Shown here: piece by piece, positions 19,251-29,302 of the stretch
Layout: each line of letters starts with the position of its first letter
Position numbering within the stretch: position 1 is the stretch's first letter
Assembly: GCA_963739455.1 (NCBI GenBank)
Contig: CAVUAK010000001.1
Location: 1,312,001 to 1,376,000, forward strand
DNA: 64,000 bases
Source: an uncultured Gemmatimonadales bacterium
Lineage (GTDB): Bacteria; Gemmatimonadota; Gemmatimonadetes; Gemmatimonadales; GWC2-71-9
Direction: 5' to 3'
Position numbers and translations under genes: made by a program
Notes under the pieces: model-generated
What the model was told of the DNA's origin: nothing
The model's database searches: none
What the model saw: only the letters and a program-made list of their open reading frames with translations

Positions 19251-21006
19251 ACTTCGCCTGAACCGCCCCGATGACGTACTCCGGCACCAGCTCATCCCGG
19301 AACTTCCGCCACACCCGATAGCGGTTGTAGTTCCCCGCGTTGAACGCCACCACGATGTCGAGTTCCGGGAGCACGATCATCAGCTGGCCGCCGTTGCCGC
19401 TCGCGTCGTACTCGCGATACGCCTTCCCGTTGTGCATCAGGGTGTGAAGGTGCCAGGCATAGCCATCGTGTGAGCTGTCGGGTGCGGTGGCATGAGGCAT
19501 GGTGGACTGTTCCACCCACTTGCGGCTCACCACTCTCGTTCCATGCCAGGTACCGCCATTCAGGTACATCTGTCCGAGCTTGAGGAAGTCGCGCGGGAGG
19601 AGATACAGCCCGCCGCCGGCGTAGGCACGGCCATCGGGCATGAGGTTCATGTGCCAGATGCCCATCTGCATCGGCCACGAGATGTTCTGGTAGAAGAAGT
19701 CGAGCAATGACATGCCTGAAGTCTGCGCCACGACAGCACCGGCGAGGTTGATCGTCGCGGAGCAGTAGGCGTAGGTGCTGCCTGGCTCGTTCGCCATCGG
19801 GAGGCCCAGGGTAAAGCCGTACCAGTCGGGCAGCTGGCCGCCCCAGAGCTTCTCCTCGTTGCCGGGAGAGTTGTCGTCGTTGTCGTCGCAGGCCAGGCCG
19901 GAGGTGTGCGTCAGCAGGTTGCCCACGGTGATCTTCGCGCGACGCGGATCGTTGTCGGGCTTCACGGAGTCGAGTACGGAGTACACCGGGGTATCGATGG
20001 TGAACTTCCCCTGGTCGATCGCGATGCCCGCCATCAGCCCGGTAAATGTCTTGCCCGCCGAGCGGAGGTCGTGTGGCTCGTCGGCAGTGAAGCCGAAGAA
20101 GTACTCCTCGAGTACAAGCTTTCCCTTCCGGGCCACCAGCACTGAGTGGATCTGCGGTGCGTCGCGGTCGTTCAGGTCTGCCGCAATGATCCAGCGAACG
20201 AGGTCAGCCAACACGCTATCGCTCATGCCGACGCTGGTCGCAGTCCCCACACTCCATCCATCCACCCTGGGAGCCGGCGCGCGATAGGTGTACGGCGGCT
20301 CGGTCCGGGGACGCGGCGTGTAGCGACGCGCCTGTTCGAGAGTGATCGGCGTGAGGTTGAACGGGGTGCCGAAGTCCATGGTGATCGTGTGCGCTACGGG
20401 ATTGTACGCCTGGTTGAAGCGCACCTTGCCGGTGGCGGGGTCGGTGAGCGCAACGTCGTCGCCCGCGACGGCGACTCGAAACGAGGAAACGCCACCGTTC
20501 CATCCCATCTGCGGGTTGCGGAAGCTGCCGCGCAGCGTGCCGCTGTCTCCCGGCTGGATGTTCAGGTAGATCGACATGCGCTGGTCGAGTGGCACTACCA
20601 CGCCATGAACTACCGGCTGGGGTGACCAGACGATTTCCACTGGAACCGGCGATGCGAACCAACCGAGAGGGCCAGGCGGCTGGGTCCAGAATCCGGCCAG
20701 CGGCCTGCCAACAACCGGCACGCCGGCGTCGAGCCGGCTGCTGTCAGGGAAGGTGAAACGCCAGCCATGCCCGGTCCAGGTCGACGGCACTTCGAGGCCG
20801 CCGATCTTCGCGATCCAGGTGGTGGGTCCGGTAGCGGGAATGACGATCGGTCCGCGGAGGTCAGGGCCGAAGACGGTGTCGATGCCCCAGAGTCCAATGA
20901 GGGCAGAGCCTGACTGTTGCGCGGGGAGGGGAGAAGCGGCGAGCAGGAGGCAGCAGGCGATTCCGCTTATGGCTCCCACACCGGCGGGCGTTCCAGGATT
21001 CGCCAA
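19249..21006 (-). CDS. Serine hydrolase (beta-lactamase/AmpC-like family), secreted
   Basis: HDLRSAGKTF (SxxK), LLTHTSGL, YAYCS, ASGNGGQ; exact start uncertain. Confidence 0.85.
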   Translation of the reverse strand: MANPGTPAGVGAISGIACCLLLAASPLPAQQSGSALIGLWGIDTVFGPDLRGPIVIPATGPTTWIAKIGGLEVPSTWTGHGWRFTFPDSSRLDAGVPVVGRPLAGFWTQPPGPLGWFASPVPVEIVWSPQPVVHGVVVPLDQRMSIYLNIQPGDSGTLRGSFRNPQMGWNGGVSSFRVAVAGDDVALTDPATGKVRFNQAYNPVAHTITMDFGTPFNLTPITLEQARRYTPRPRTEPPYTYRAPAPRVDGWSVGTATSVGMSDSVLADLVRWIIAADLNDRDAPQIHSVLVARKGKLVLEEYFFGFTADEPHDLRSAGKTFTGLMAGIAIDQGKFTIDTPVYSVLDSVKPDNDPRRAKITVGNLLTHTSGLACDDNDDNSPGNEEKLWGGQLPDWYGFTLGLPMANEPGSTYAYCSATINLAGAVVAQTSGMSLLDFFYQNISWPMQMGIWHMNLMPDGRAYAGGGLYLLPRDFLKLGQMYLNGGTWHGTRVVSRKWVEQSTMPHATAPDSSHDGYAWHLHTLMHNGKAYREYDASGNGGQLMIVLPELDIVVAFNAGNYNRYRVWRKFRDELVPEYVIGAVQAK

Positions 21007-21431
21007 ATCTGTCTCCGGTGAACAGCGAGGTGGAGCTGCCCCGTGCCAATTGCGTGGGACACAGTGCTGCCGGGCCCAAGCCTCGCCAGGCAGGCCCGCA
21101 GCGTGCGAGAGTTCTCATCCCAGAGGCGTCGCACTTCCAGCAGCGATTTGGCACCGTGCGACATCATCCCCGATGACGGTAGCCGCACTGGAATCCGGAG
21201 CCGTCGAAGAAAAGTGAACATCGCCAAGCGATAGCGCTGCGGCAACTCCGGCTCCCGCAGGTTCAGCAGTGCAGCTTGCTCGGCGAGGGCGACGTGCTCG
21301 AGAATCTCGAGTATCGACCACTCGCCGGCACGGTGCCGGAATGAGAGCAGGATCGGGTCGAGGGCATCCATCTCGTCAAGCAGTGCGCGACGTTCCCGGT
21401 CATACGCATCGAGCTTTCTCTCGAGCGCCAT
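20967..21431 (-). CDS. DinB family protein
   Basis: GEWSILEILEHVALAE and C-terminal HxxxHRRQI. Confidence 0.7.
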   Translation of the reverse strand: MALERKLDAYDRERRALLDEMDALDPILLSFRHRAGEWSILEILEHVALAEQAALLNLREPELPQRYRLAMFTFLRRLRIPVRLPSSGMMSHGAKSLLEVRRLWDENSRTLRACLARLGPGSTVSHAIGTGQLHLAVHRRQIWRILERPPVWEP

Positions 21432-21504
21432 CGACGGAGCGTAGCTCCCGGTCACCACGGCACGGTTCATTATGAATGTCATGCAGACACGATCGCCACG
21501 GCGG

Positions 21505-22781
21505 TCACGAGCGCGTGAAGCTCGAGCCACCGTGGCGAAACAGCCGACGCTGGAGGGCTATGCGTCGCGGGTGTACCAACCTCGATTCGCGTCGCGGGGG
21601 CGCGCGGAGGGTCACCTGGGTGATCTCCGACCATGCGCCGAGCCGGAAGGGAATGCCCCAGTAGCCAGTGCCGGGATTGATGTAGAGGAGGGCGTTACCC
21701 TCTGCGTGCCCGCCCATCGCGTGCTCCAGGAAGGGCGACGCCATGCTCCACCCGAGCTTCGGGATGGCGAACTGTCCCCAGTGCGTGTGACCGGAGAGCG
21801 TCAGCACCACGCCACGCTGTGCGAGTGCGGGCCAGAGGGCGGGGTTGTGAGCCAGCGCAAGGACAGGAACGCCAGCCGGCACCTGCGCCAGCGTCGCGGC
21901 GATGTCCACACCGCCGTTGGCGGCATCGTCGCCGGCGGCTGGGATCCCCGGATGCCCGCAATCGCGAGCGTTGCCCCTCCGCGCGTAATGGTGCGCGACT
22001 GGTTCACCAGCACGTGGCTTCCCAGCCGTTCCTTGAGGCGTCGCGCGACGTTGTTCCAACCGGCGTAGACGTCGTGATTGCCCGCGATGACGTACACCCC
22101 GAGCGGCGCATCGAGCATTCCCACCGCATCGACATACGGATCAGTGTCCTCGGCGTGATCATCGACCAGGTCGCCAGTGATGGCGATGAGGTCGGGTTCG
22201 AGTGACTGCACGGTGGCAACGATCCGCTCGAACCTTGCCGCGGGAAGGTGCGGCCCGATGTGCAGGTCGGAGAGCTGCACGATGCGGGTGCCGTCGAGTC
22301 CCGCGGGCAGGTTGGCGATTTCGGCGGTGACGTTCCGCACCACCAGGCGCCGCGAGCCGACGTAGCCGGCGAGCAGGAAGATGCCGAGCAGGACGGCGAC
22401 GGTGCCGGCCAGGATGCGACCACCGACAAGGGCAGCGCCGAACGGGGTGCCGATCGCTGCGCCGAGCGCGCCGGCAATGGCCACGAACGGGAGCATCAGC
22501 TGAACGTACCAGAAGGGCCGCATCACCCAGAGGCGATAGGCTGCACCAGGTGCGGCGCCGAAACCGCCCCGAACGAGGAGCAGGAGCAGCGGCAGGATGG
22601 TGAACGCCGCCAGCGCTCCGAGGTAGAGGGGGGCGCCGGGCACGACACCGTACGCCAGCGTGAGAATGGTGCCCCAGGTGGTGACGAAGTAGAGCGCCAG
22701 ATAGGCGTAGGCGCGCGCCGGTACCGGCGGAAAGTTGCGGCGGGGCTTGGTGGCGAGAGCAGGTGCGGTCATGGAGCTCAT
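21505..22781 (-). CDS. Membrane-anchored metallophosphoesterase (YkuE-like); one frameshift near 21950
   Basis: QLSDLHIG, ITGDLVD, AGNHD in frame 1; LAHNP, LSGHTHWGQ, PFRLGA in frame 2. Confidence 0.85.
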
Positions 22782-22796
22782 GATACAATCCTTCAA

Positions 22797-22860
22797 GTAA
22801 ACGGTCGTTGACTTGAGGGACTCTAACAGGTGATCTGGGAATTTGTCAACACGCGTTTAC
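22797..22860. promoter_or_regulatory. Two palindromic operators GTMAAC-N4-GTTKAC (likely TetR sites)
   Basis: GTAAACGGTCGTTGAC (22797-22812) and GTCAACACGCGTTTAC (22845-22860) between divergent genes. Confidence 0.65.
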
Positions 22861-22868
22861 TTTGCGGC

Positions 22869-23444
22869 ATGGTGAAGAAGAAGCGGGACGCAGCGACCAC
22901 GCGAGCGGCCATCCTCAAGGCGGCGCGCCAGGCATTCTCCAGCCACGGTTACGACCGGGTCGGGGTGCGGGACATCGCGGCGAAGGCCGGTGTCACGGCG
23001 GCACTGGTCAACCGCTACTTCGGGTCGAAGAAGCAGCTCTTTGCGGAAGCAGTACTGGAGGCCAAGGGGGTGGGAGAGCTGCTGCTGGGCGACCGGGGCA
23101 CGGCGGGAGCGAGGCTCGCGGCCATGATGCTGGACAAGGATCCGCATGGAAAGGACGGGGGCGACCCGTTGATTGCGATCCTGAGGTCGGCGCCTGATCC
23201 GGAGGCGGCGGGCATCGTGCGCGAGTGGCTGCAGAAGGTGATGGTGGGGCCGATCGCGAAGTGGCTGGGGGGCCCCGATGCGGAGACGCGTGCCAGCGTG
23301 ATGGTGTCAACGCTGCTCGGGTTCATCATCCTGCGTCAGGCGATTGCGCTGCCGGGCCTCAGTGCGTCACGGGGCGCTGCCCTGCGGTCGATGATGTCGG
23401 CGGCGCTGCAGTCGCAGATTGACGCGAGCTTGCCTCGCGGCTGA
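22869..23444 (+). CDS. TetR family transcriptional regulator
   Basis: TRAAILKAARQAFSSHGYDRVGVRDIAAKAGVTAALVNRYFGSKKQLF. Confidence 0.92.
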   Translation: MVKKKRDAATTRAAILKAARQAFSSHGYDRVGVRDIAAKAGVTAALVNRYFGSKKQLFAEAVLEAKGVGELLLGDRGTAGARLAAMMLDKDPHGKDGGDPLIAILRSAPDPEAAGIVREWLQKVMVGPIAKWLGGPDAETRASVMVSTLLGFIILRQAIALPGLSASRGAALRSMMSAALQSQIDASLPRG

Positions 23445-24813
23445 ATACCAGGGGAGGCACCGGCACACCGGGCCGGGGCACCCCGACGACCAGCGCCGGA
23501 AGGGTGGAGGTCTCCTCCGCGCCATAGACCAGCGTCCAGGAGCAAAAGGCTTCCTTGGTGCGACTCAGCATGCAGAGCGTGCCGTTGTCCGCCGATATGG
23601 TCGTGGCGTCGAGGGCATCGAGCTGGGGGAGCTGGCGAAGCTCACCAAAAGACCAGCTGGCGATCCCGGCTGGTGTCGTGACGTAGCCTTCCTGCCAGCC
23701 AACATCGAAGAGCGGACCCATGACGCCCGGGATGGTGACCTGAAGCGGGACGCTCGACTGCTGGGTCAGGAGGCCTGGCTCACCCCAGCACCACACCGTG
23801 TCATCCTGTTCAACGCCGCAGGCAGCAGCAAACGAAAGCTCGACCTGCTTGAAGTGATGGTTACCCGACACGCGCACGGGGGTTTCCGACGGGGTCAAGG
23901 TACCGTCGCCCAGCTGGCCCTTCCTGTTGTCATTGCCCCAGCACCATGTCGATCCGTCCTCCTCAATTCCACAGGCGTAGGTGAACGCGACCCCAATGAA
24001 TCCGCCCCCCGCCTCAATGCGGGTGAAGTGCAGGGTGGGCGACACCTGGGTCGCGTGGAACGCTGGTGTGTAGGCGTCGTCCCAGCACCAGGCTGTGAGG
24101 TCTGCGGCACGACCACAGAAGGTGATGCCGCCTCCAGTGAGATGGGTGAGCGGAGGTGCGCCAGTCACTGGCACCCACTGCTGGTCATTCGAGAAGCCGG
24201 TGCACAACGGCACCCCCGATGTCCCAACCACGCAGAGGGCGTCAATGACGGCACTCAACTCGATCGCCTCAACTGTCGCGGGGAACTCGACGAGGTCGCG
24301 CTGGTGCCAGCCATCGGGCACGGGGGCCACGCGGTCGAGTCCATAGCCCCAGCAGGAGAGGCGGGCACCAATGGTTCCGCAGGCGTAGATGCTCCCAGCA
24401 TCGACCTGGTCGAGCGTCAGGGCGTGCGCGCTGGTACCCATAGTGAGCTCGGCGTCCCCGTACCTGGCTGTGAGCTGGTAGTCGCCGGGCAGGCCGCCGG
24501 TGTAGTAGAAGTCGAAGTTGGGTATTCGCGGAAGCGTCCAGCGGACAGTCGCGATTCCGCGGTCGTCGGTGACAGGGTCCGCCGGTTCCACGGTGCCGTC
24601 ACCCGTGAAGGAAACAGTGACACCCCGCTGGGGGTCGCCATCGCGATTCCGGACGCGAAGACTGACTTGCTCGAACAGCTGGCCGGGAAGTGATTGCCCC
24701 GCCGGGAGCTGGATGGCCTGGAAATGGAATGCCGCGCCCGAGGGCTCGGATCCGGAACTGCAGCCTGCCACGGCCAGGACCGGAAGGACGAGCCCAAGGG
24801 AGCGGACGCGCAC
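23359..24813 (-). CDS. RCC1-like repeat lipoprotein with N-terminal Ig-like domain
   Basis: Lipobox VAGC; repeated ACG....G..WCWG motifs, GQLGDGT; 3' overlap with tetR suggests the end is imprecise. Confidence 0.75.
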   Translation of the reverse strand: MRVRSLGLVLPVLAVAGCSSGSEPSGAAFHFQAIQLPAGQSLPGQLFEQVSLRVRNRDGDPQRGVTVSFTGDGTVEPADPVTDDRGIATVRWTLPRIPNFDFYYTGGLPGDYQLTARYGDAELTMGTSAHALTLDQVDAGSIYACGTIGARLSCWGYGLDRVAPVPDGWHQRDLVEFPATVEAIELSAVIDALCVVGTSGVPLCTGFSNDQQWVPVTGAPPLTHLTGGGITFCGRAADLTAWCWDDAYTPAFHATQVSPTLHFTRIEAGGGFIGVAFTYACGIEEDGSTWCWGNDNRKGQLGDGTLTPSETPVRVSGNHHFKQVELSFAAACGVEQDDTVWCWGEPGLLTQQSSVPLQVTIPGVMGPLFDVGWQEGYVTTPAGIASWSFGELRQLPQLDALDATTISADNGTLCMLSRTKEAFCSWTLVYGAEETSTLPALVVGVPRPGVPVPPLVFSREASSRQSATAAPPTSSTAGQRPVTH

Positions 24814-24952
24814 GAAACGTCTCCTCTGGTTCTGTTCGGTTATCGCATTGATGGGTCCGCGGCCACGGTCCCGGATTCAATGACGACGAGGGGCGAAACT
24901 CCTGCACACCGGGTTCCGTCTAAGGCCACCACCACCCTTTTCCGGAATCCCG

Positions 24953-26899
24953 ATGCGATCTGTCGCCCTGTTGCTGCTCGCCGCGCTGCCGCTTGCCGCC
25001 CGCCCGCTTTCCGCCCAACAGGAACCACCCCGCGCCATCCGGCGCACCGTCCCGATAACCCGGACCTTCGAGACGGGGCTCAAGGCGGGTACCCGGGACT
25101 CGACCGGCCGGCCGGGCGCCCGGTACTGGCAGTTCGGCACCGACTACAAGATCGACGCGCGGCTGGACCAGCTCACCGGCCGGATCACCGGGCGCGAGGT
25201 GGTGACCATCCGCAACCCAAGCGACTCGGCGATCAAGCAGCTGGTCATTCGCCTCTACCAGAACCGGTTCGACCCGATGAGCCCCCGGAGCCGGGTGCCC
25301 CCTTCGGTGACGAGCGGACAGACGCTCTACAAGGTGGTGGTCGATGGCGTTGACATCGACACGAAGTCACCGGCGGCAGTGTGGTCCACCGGCACGCTGG
25401 TGACGATCCCGCTCGCGAAGCCCATAGCCGCCGGGGGCACATCCACCGTCGAGATCGAATGGGCCGGTGACATCCCCGATATCCCCATCGGTCGCGGCGC
25501 GGCGCGCGGTGGCCGTCGCGGCCTGCGTGTCTTCCAGCTGGCGCAGTGGTATCCGCAGGTGTCCAAGTACGACGACCTGCGCGGATGGGACCGCGAGCCG
25601 CACCTGGGCGGGAGCGAGTTCTACAACAACTATGGCCGCTTCGAGGTGAACATCGACGTGCCGTCAGGCTACCTCGTCGGTGCCACCGGCACGTTGCAGA
25701 ACCCCGACGAGGTGCTGACGGCCACGGCGCGCGAGCGGCTGTCGCATGCACTTGAGAGCGACAGCCAGCGGGTGATCGTGGGTCCCGATGAGCGTGGTGC
25801 AGGGAAGGCGACGGCCGCCGGCAACCGGCTGGTGTGGAAGTTCACCGCCGACACGGTGAACGACTTTGCCTGGGCCACCTCCGCGGAGTACCGGTGGGAT
25901 GCGACGCGCGCCACGATCCCGGGGCGCGGGGCAATTCCCATCAATGTGTTCTACCTGCCGGAGGACACGCTCTACCTCAAGACCGGCGCGATGGCCCGGC
26001 ATGCGCTCGAGTACTACAGCACGCTCTGGTTCCCGTACACCTGGCCGCAGTTCACCCAGGTGGATGGCCCCGAGAACGGGATGGAGTACCCGATGCTCAC
26101 GATGAGCGGACCGGGCTTTGGCGTCACTGACCACGAGATCGGGCACCAGTGGTGGCCGATGATGGTGGGCGTGAACGAGACCTGGTACGGCTGGATGGAC
26201 GAGGGATTCAACCAGTACATGAACATCCTGTCCGAGGATGCCTGGAACAACAAGCCGTCGCTGCTCGACAGCCTTGGCGGCCAGTTCGGCCAGACGTCGG
26301 GGATGGAAGCCCAGGCCCCGATGATGTGGAACAACAACTACGGCGGCCCCTTCACCGGCTATGTCACCTACTCCAAGGCGCCGATGATGCTGTCGATGCT
26401 TGGTGCCATCGTGGGCGACAGCGCGGTCCAGCGGGCGATGAATGCGTACGCGAAGACGTGGCGCTTCAAGCACCCGTCGCCGTGGGACTTCATGTTCGCG
26501 ATGAACCGGGAGCTCAAGCAGAACCTGGACTGGTTCTGGTACTACTGGCTGTTCACCACCGAAGCGGTGGACCAGTCGATCGCAAAGGCCAGCATCTCAG
26601 GTGGCAGGGCGCAGGTGACGGTGCGGCAGGCAGGCGAGATGCCGTCACCAGTGGTGCTCAGGGTCGAGTTCGCCGAGAGTGGCCCCGCGCCAAGCAAGAT
26701 GAAGAATGCGGTGATCAACGGACGGACGGCGACGGTGACGTGGCCCGTGGATGTCTGGTTCAGCGGGAGCAGGACGTTCGTGGCGAACCTGGACTTCGGT
26801 GGGGCCAGGATCGAGAAGATCGTGCTCGACCCGGGTCAGCGGTTCCCGGACCGGGACTTCAGCGACAACGTGTGGCCGAGGGCTGCTGCGACGAAGTAG
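24953..26899 (+). CDS. M1 family metallopeptidase, secreted
   Basis: GMEYP, HEIGHQWW...WMDEG, YSK. Confidence 0.9.
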   Translation: MRSVALLLLAALPLAARPLSAQQEPPRAIRRTVPITRTFETGLKAGTRDSTGRPGARYWQFGTDYKIDARLDQLTGRITGREVVTIRNPSDSAIKQLVIRLYQNRFDPMSPRSRVPPSVTSGQTLYKVVVDGVDIDTKSPAAVWSTGTLVTIPLAKPIAAGGTSTVEIEWAGDIPDIPIGRGAARGGRRGLRVFQLAQWYPQVSKYDDLRGWDREPHLGGSEFYNNYGRFEVNIDVPSGYLVGATGTLQNPDEVLTATARERLSHALESDSQRVIVGPDERGAGKATAAGNRLVWKFTADTVNDFAWATSAEYRWDATRATIPGRGAIPINVFYLPEDTLYLKTGAMARHALEYYSTLWFPYTWPQFTQVDGPENGMEYPMLTMSGPGFGVTDHEIGHQWWPMMVGVNETWYGWMDEGFNQYMNILSEDAWNNKPSLLDSLGGQFGQTSGMEAQAPMMWNNNYGGPFTGYVTYSKAPMMLSMLGAIVGDSAVQRAMNAYAKTWRFKHPSPWDFMFAMNRELKQNLDWFWYYWLFTTEAVDQSIAKASISGGRAQVTVRQAGEMPSPVVLRVEFAESGPAPSKMKNAVINGRTATVTWPVDVWFSGSRTFVANLDFGGARIEKIVLDPGQRFPDRDFSDNVWPRAAATK

Positions 26900-26911
26900 C
26901 GGCAGCCGGGC

Positions 26912-27436
26912 TCAGGGGATCTGGCTGATCTGTGCCGCGTTGAAGGTGCCGGTGACGACGATCTGCACCGGCGTGGGGTCGCAGCAGGGACTGGTACGCA
27001 CGGCACGCAACTCGAAGTTGCCGGCTACCCCGTTGTAGGCGCTGCGGGTGAGGGTGATGGTGCCGCTCCGGGTGGCGTACTCTTCCAGGGCGCCACCCAC
27101 CACGAGGCCCACCGTGCCGCCGAAGACGGTGTCCTTGCCGGCGGGGAAGGTGGGCGACTCAATGTCGTAGGTGCCGGCGAGCGGTCGGGGCGTGCTGGTT
27201 GATGCCAGGAAGATGCGCGCGGCACCTCCCTCTCCCAGGATCAATGCCAGGCCGGCCGCGTTCGAGCCGTCATCGACGGTCACACCGAACACCGCTTCAC
27301 CGGCAACGCTTGCGGTGTGCGCGCCCGTGATGTCCCCGGCGAAGGTGGAGGTGCCTGGCTCGTTCCCGGTGTCGTCACCGCAGGCCATGAGAAGGAGGCT
27401 TGCCGCGGCAACGGTCCGCATCGTCGTGCGCATCAT
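26912..27436 (-). CDS. Hypothetical lipoprotein
   Basis: Lipobox LLMAC; beta-rich sequence ending VTGTFNA. Confidence 0.7.
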   Translation of the reverse strand: MMRTTMRTVAAASLLLMACGDDTGNEPGTSTFAGDITGAHTASVAGEAVFGVTVDDGSNAAGLALILGEGGAARIFLASTSTPRPLAGTYDIESPTFPAGKDTVFGGTVGLVVGGALEEYATRSGTITLTRSAYNGVAGNFELRAVRTSPCCDPTPVQIVVTGTFNAAQISQIP

Positions 27437-27458
27437 CCCCGAGAGTTCCCCTGCGAAG

Positions 27459-29189
27459 CTAGTCGTTGACCACGTCGTAGTCGGTGACCTGACCATCGGC
27501 GGTAAGGTACACCAGCGCGAAGGCACCGGCTTTCGAATCGTTGAGCCGGTAGCATAGCACCGTTGTCACCTGACCTCCATGGCGCTCGATGCCCCGCCCG
27601 GTGACATCCTCCGCCAGGATGTAGCTGATGCTGGAGAACCCCTTCAACACATCCTGCGACCGGCCGGCGAAATCGGCCTTTGCCGAGGCGGTGATGCTGG
27701 GCGACTCGTTCAATGCCGGGCCGCCCTCGCCCAGGGCGCGAAGGGCCGCCTCGGCCTTCAACGTGCGCGCCGGATCGGGGTCGCGCTGGGGCTTTGCGTC
27801 CCGGAGCAGTGGGCTCACCCGCGGTGCAGTGACATCCTTGCCATTGATAGGCCGCGAGAAGCCCACAATGTTACCCGCGGCGTCGCGCATGAACGTGAAG
27901 CGGCGCGACTGGTCGTCGCTGGTGACCTGCCACTCGCCGGTCGGCAGGAAAACCCGGTCGGGCAGACCATCGGTCATCGAGACGAGCTTGTCGCCCTGCG
28001 GTACCAGCGTCGCCAGCTGGTTGTTCGCCACCTCATAGCGACCACCGAAGGAGGCGATCCGCGCCAGGGGAATGCGGACCGGCGTCAACGCGAACTGCGG
28101 CGCGCTGCCGGGCCAGCCATACTCGCGCGCCACGAACTCGTAGATGCGACGCATCATCCCGGAGTTGTCATTCGCGTTGATCATGATCGCGATGCCCTGG
28201 CCGGTCTCGGCGAAGCCGCCCATGTAGGCGTCGAAGCCGTCGTCACGCCCGCCATGGAAGAAGAGGACCTTGCCACTGCTCGCATCGAGGAAGACGCCGA
28301 GCCCGTCCTCGCCCTTCACTTCGGTGAGCATCTGTCGCGTCATCGCCTGGGAGATGACGGGGTTGGCGGTGCCGGCGTACGACTGCTGGATGGCGATGAT
28401 GAAGCGACCAAGGTCGGTCGCGGTGGTCCAGAGCCCGGCGGCGGCCATCTCGGGATACAGATGGAAGCGTCCCGGCACGGGGGTGCCGGGGGCATACTGC
28501 CCGGCAGCAACAAAGGGGAGCATCGCCGTCGACGGTGGCTGCTGGAAGCTGCTCTGCGTCATGCCGAACGGGGTGATGACGTTTGTCGCCATCCACTGGT
28601 CGAATGGCACGCCGGTCACGTCGTTCATCATGAGCTGCATGACGGTGTAGCCGCCGCCGGAGTAGCGCCAGATCGTGCCGGGGGTGGTATCAACTCGCAC
28701 CGGTGGACTGTTGGCGGGCGGCGACCCGTCGAGAATCTGGGTGAGCGTCGGCACCGGGGTGCCGACTTCGTATCCGCCGAAGCCGTGCACGGTGAGGCCC
28801 GCGGTGTGGCTCAGGATCCGCTCCAGCGTGACCTTCTCGGTACCGGTGAAGCCGTTGTCGGGCACCTTCCAGGTGGTCAGCTTGTCATTGACGTTGCCGT
28901 CGAGCGACAGGGTGCCGGCCTCGACCAGCTTGAGGGCACCCACCGCCGCGACGCTCTTGCTGATGGACCCGGCCAGGAAGCGGGTGTCGGTCGTGACGCG
29001 GGCCTTTCCGTCGGGGGCGGTGACGCCGTATCCCTTGGCGTAGACGACCTTTCCCTTGTCGACGATGGCGAGGGAGAGGCCGGGGATCTTCCGCATCGCC
29101 ATCTGCGCGCGGATGAAGGCATCGAGGCTGTCGGGCGATTGTGTCGGGGCGGCGAGGAGCAGCGCGGACAACAGGATGTTTGGTATCAT
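27459..29189 (-). CDS. Serine hydrolase (beta-lactamase family), secreted
   Basis: GSISKS, LSHTAGL, WRYSGGGY, FFHGG. Confidence 0.9.
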   Translation of the reverse strand: MIPNILLSALLLAAPTQSPDSLDAFIRAQMAMRKIPGLSLAIVDKGKVVYAKGYGVTAPDGKARVTTDTRFLAGSISKSVAAVGALKLVEAGTLSLDGNVNDKLTTWKVPDNGFTGTEKVTLERILSHTAGLTVHGFGGYEVGTPVPTLTQILDGSPPANSPPVRVDTTPGTIWRYSGGGYTVMQLMMNDVTGVPFDQWMATNVITPFGMTQSSFQQPPSTAMLPFVAAGQYAPGTPVPGRFHLYPEMAAAGLWTTATDLGRFIIAIQQSYAGTANPVISQAMTRQMLTEVKGEDGLGVFLDASSGKVLFFHGGRDDGFDAYMGGFAETGQGIAIMINANDNSGMMRRIYEFVAREYGWPGSAPQFALTPVRIPLARIASFGGRYEVANNQLATLVPQGDKLVSMTDGLPDRVFLPTGEWQVTSDDQSRRFTFMRDAAGNIVGFSRPINGKDVTAPRVSPLLRDAKPQRDPDPARTLKAEAALRALGEGGPALNESPSITASAKADFAGRSQDVLKGFSSISYILAEDVTGRGIERHGGQVTTVLCYRLNDSKAGAFALVYLTADGQVTDYDVVND

Positions 29190-29243
29190 GGGACGTTAAG
29201 ACGGTGCTGGATCGGGAAAGGTTGCAGGGTGATACGGTTGAAG

Positions 29244-29279
29244 GGCGGGGAGGGCGGGGAAGGCGGGGAAGGCGGGGAG
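29244..29279 (+). repeat. Tandem 9-mer (GGCGGGGAR)x4
   Basis: GGCGGGGAG GGCGGGGAA GGCGGGGAA GGCGGGGAG in the divergent intergenic region. Confidence 0.9.
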
Positions 29280-29302
29280 GAACGCACCAAGAGGAGTTGT
29301 GA

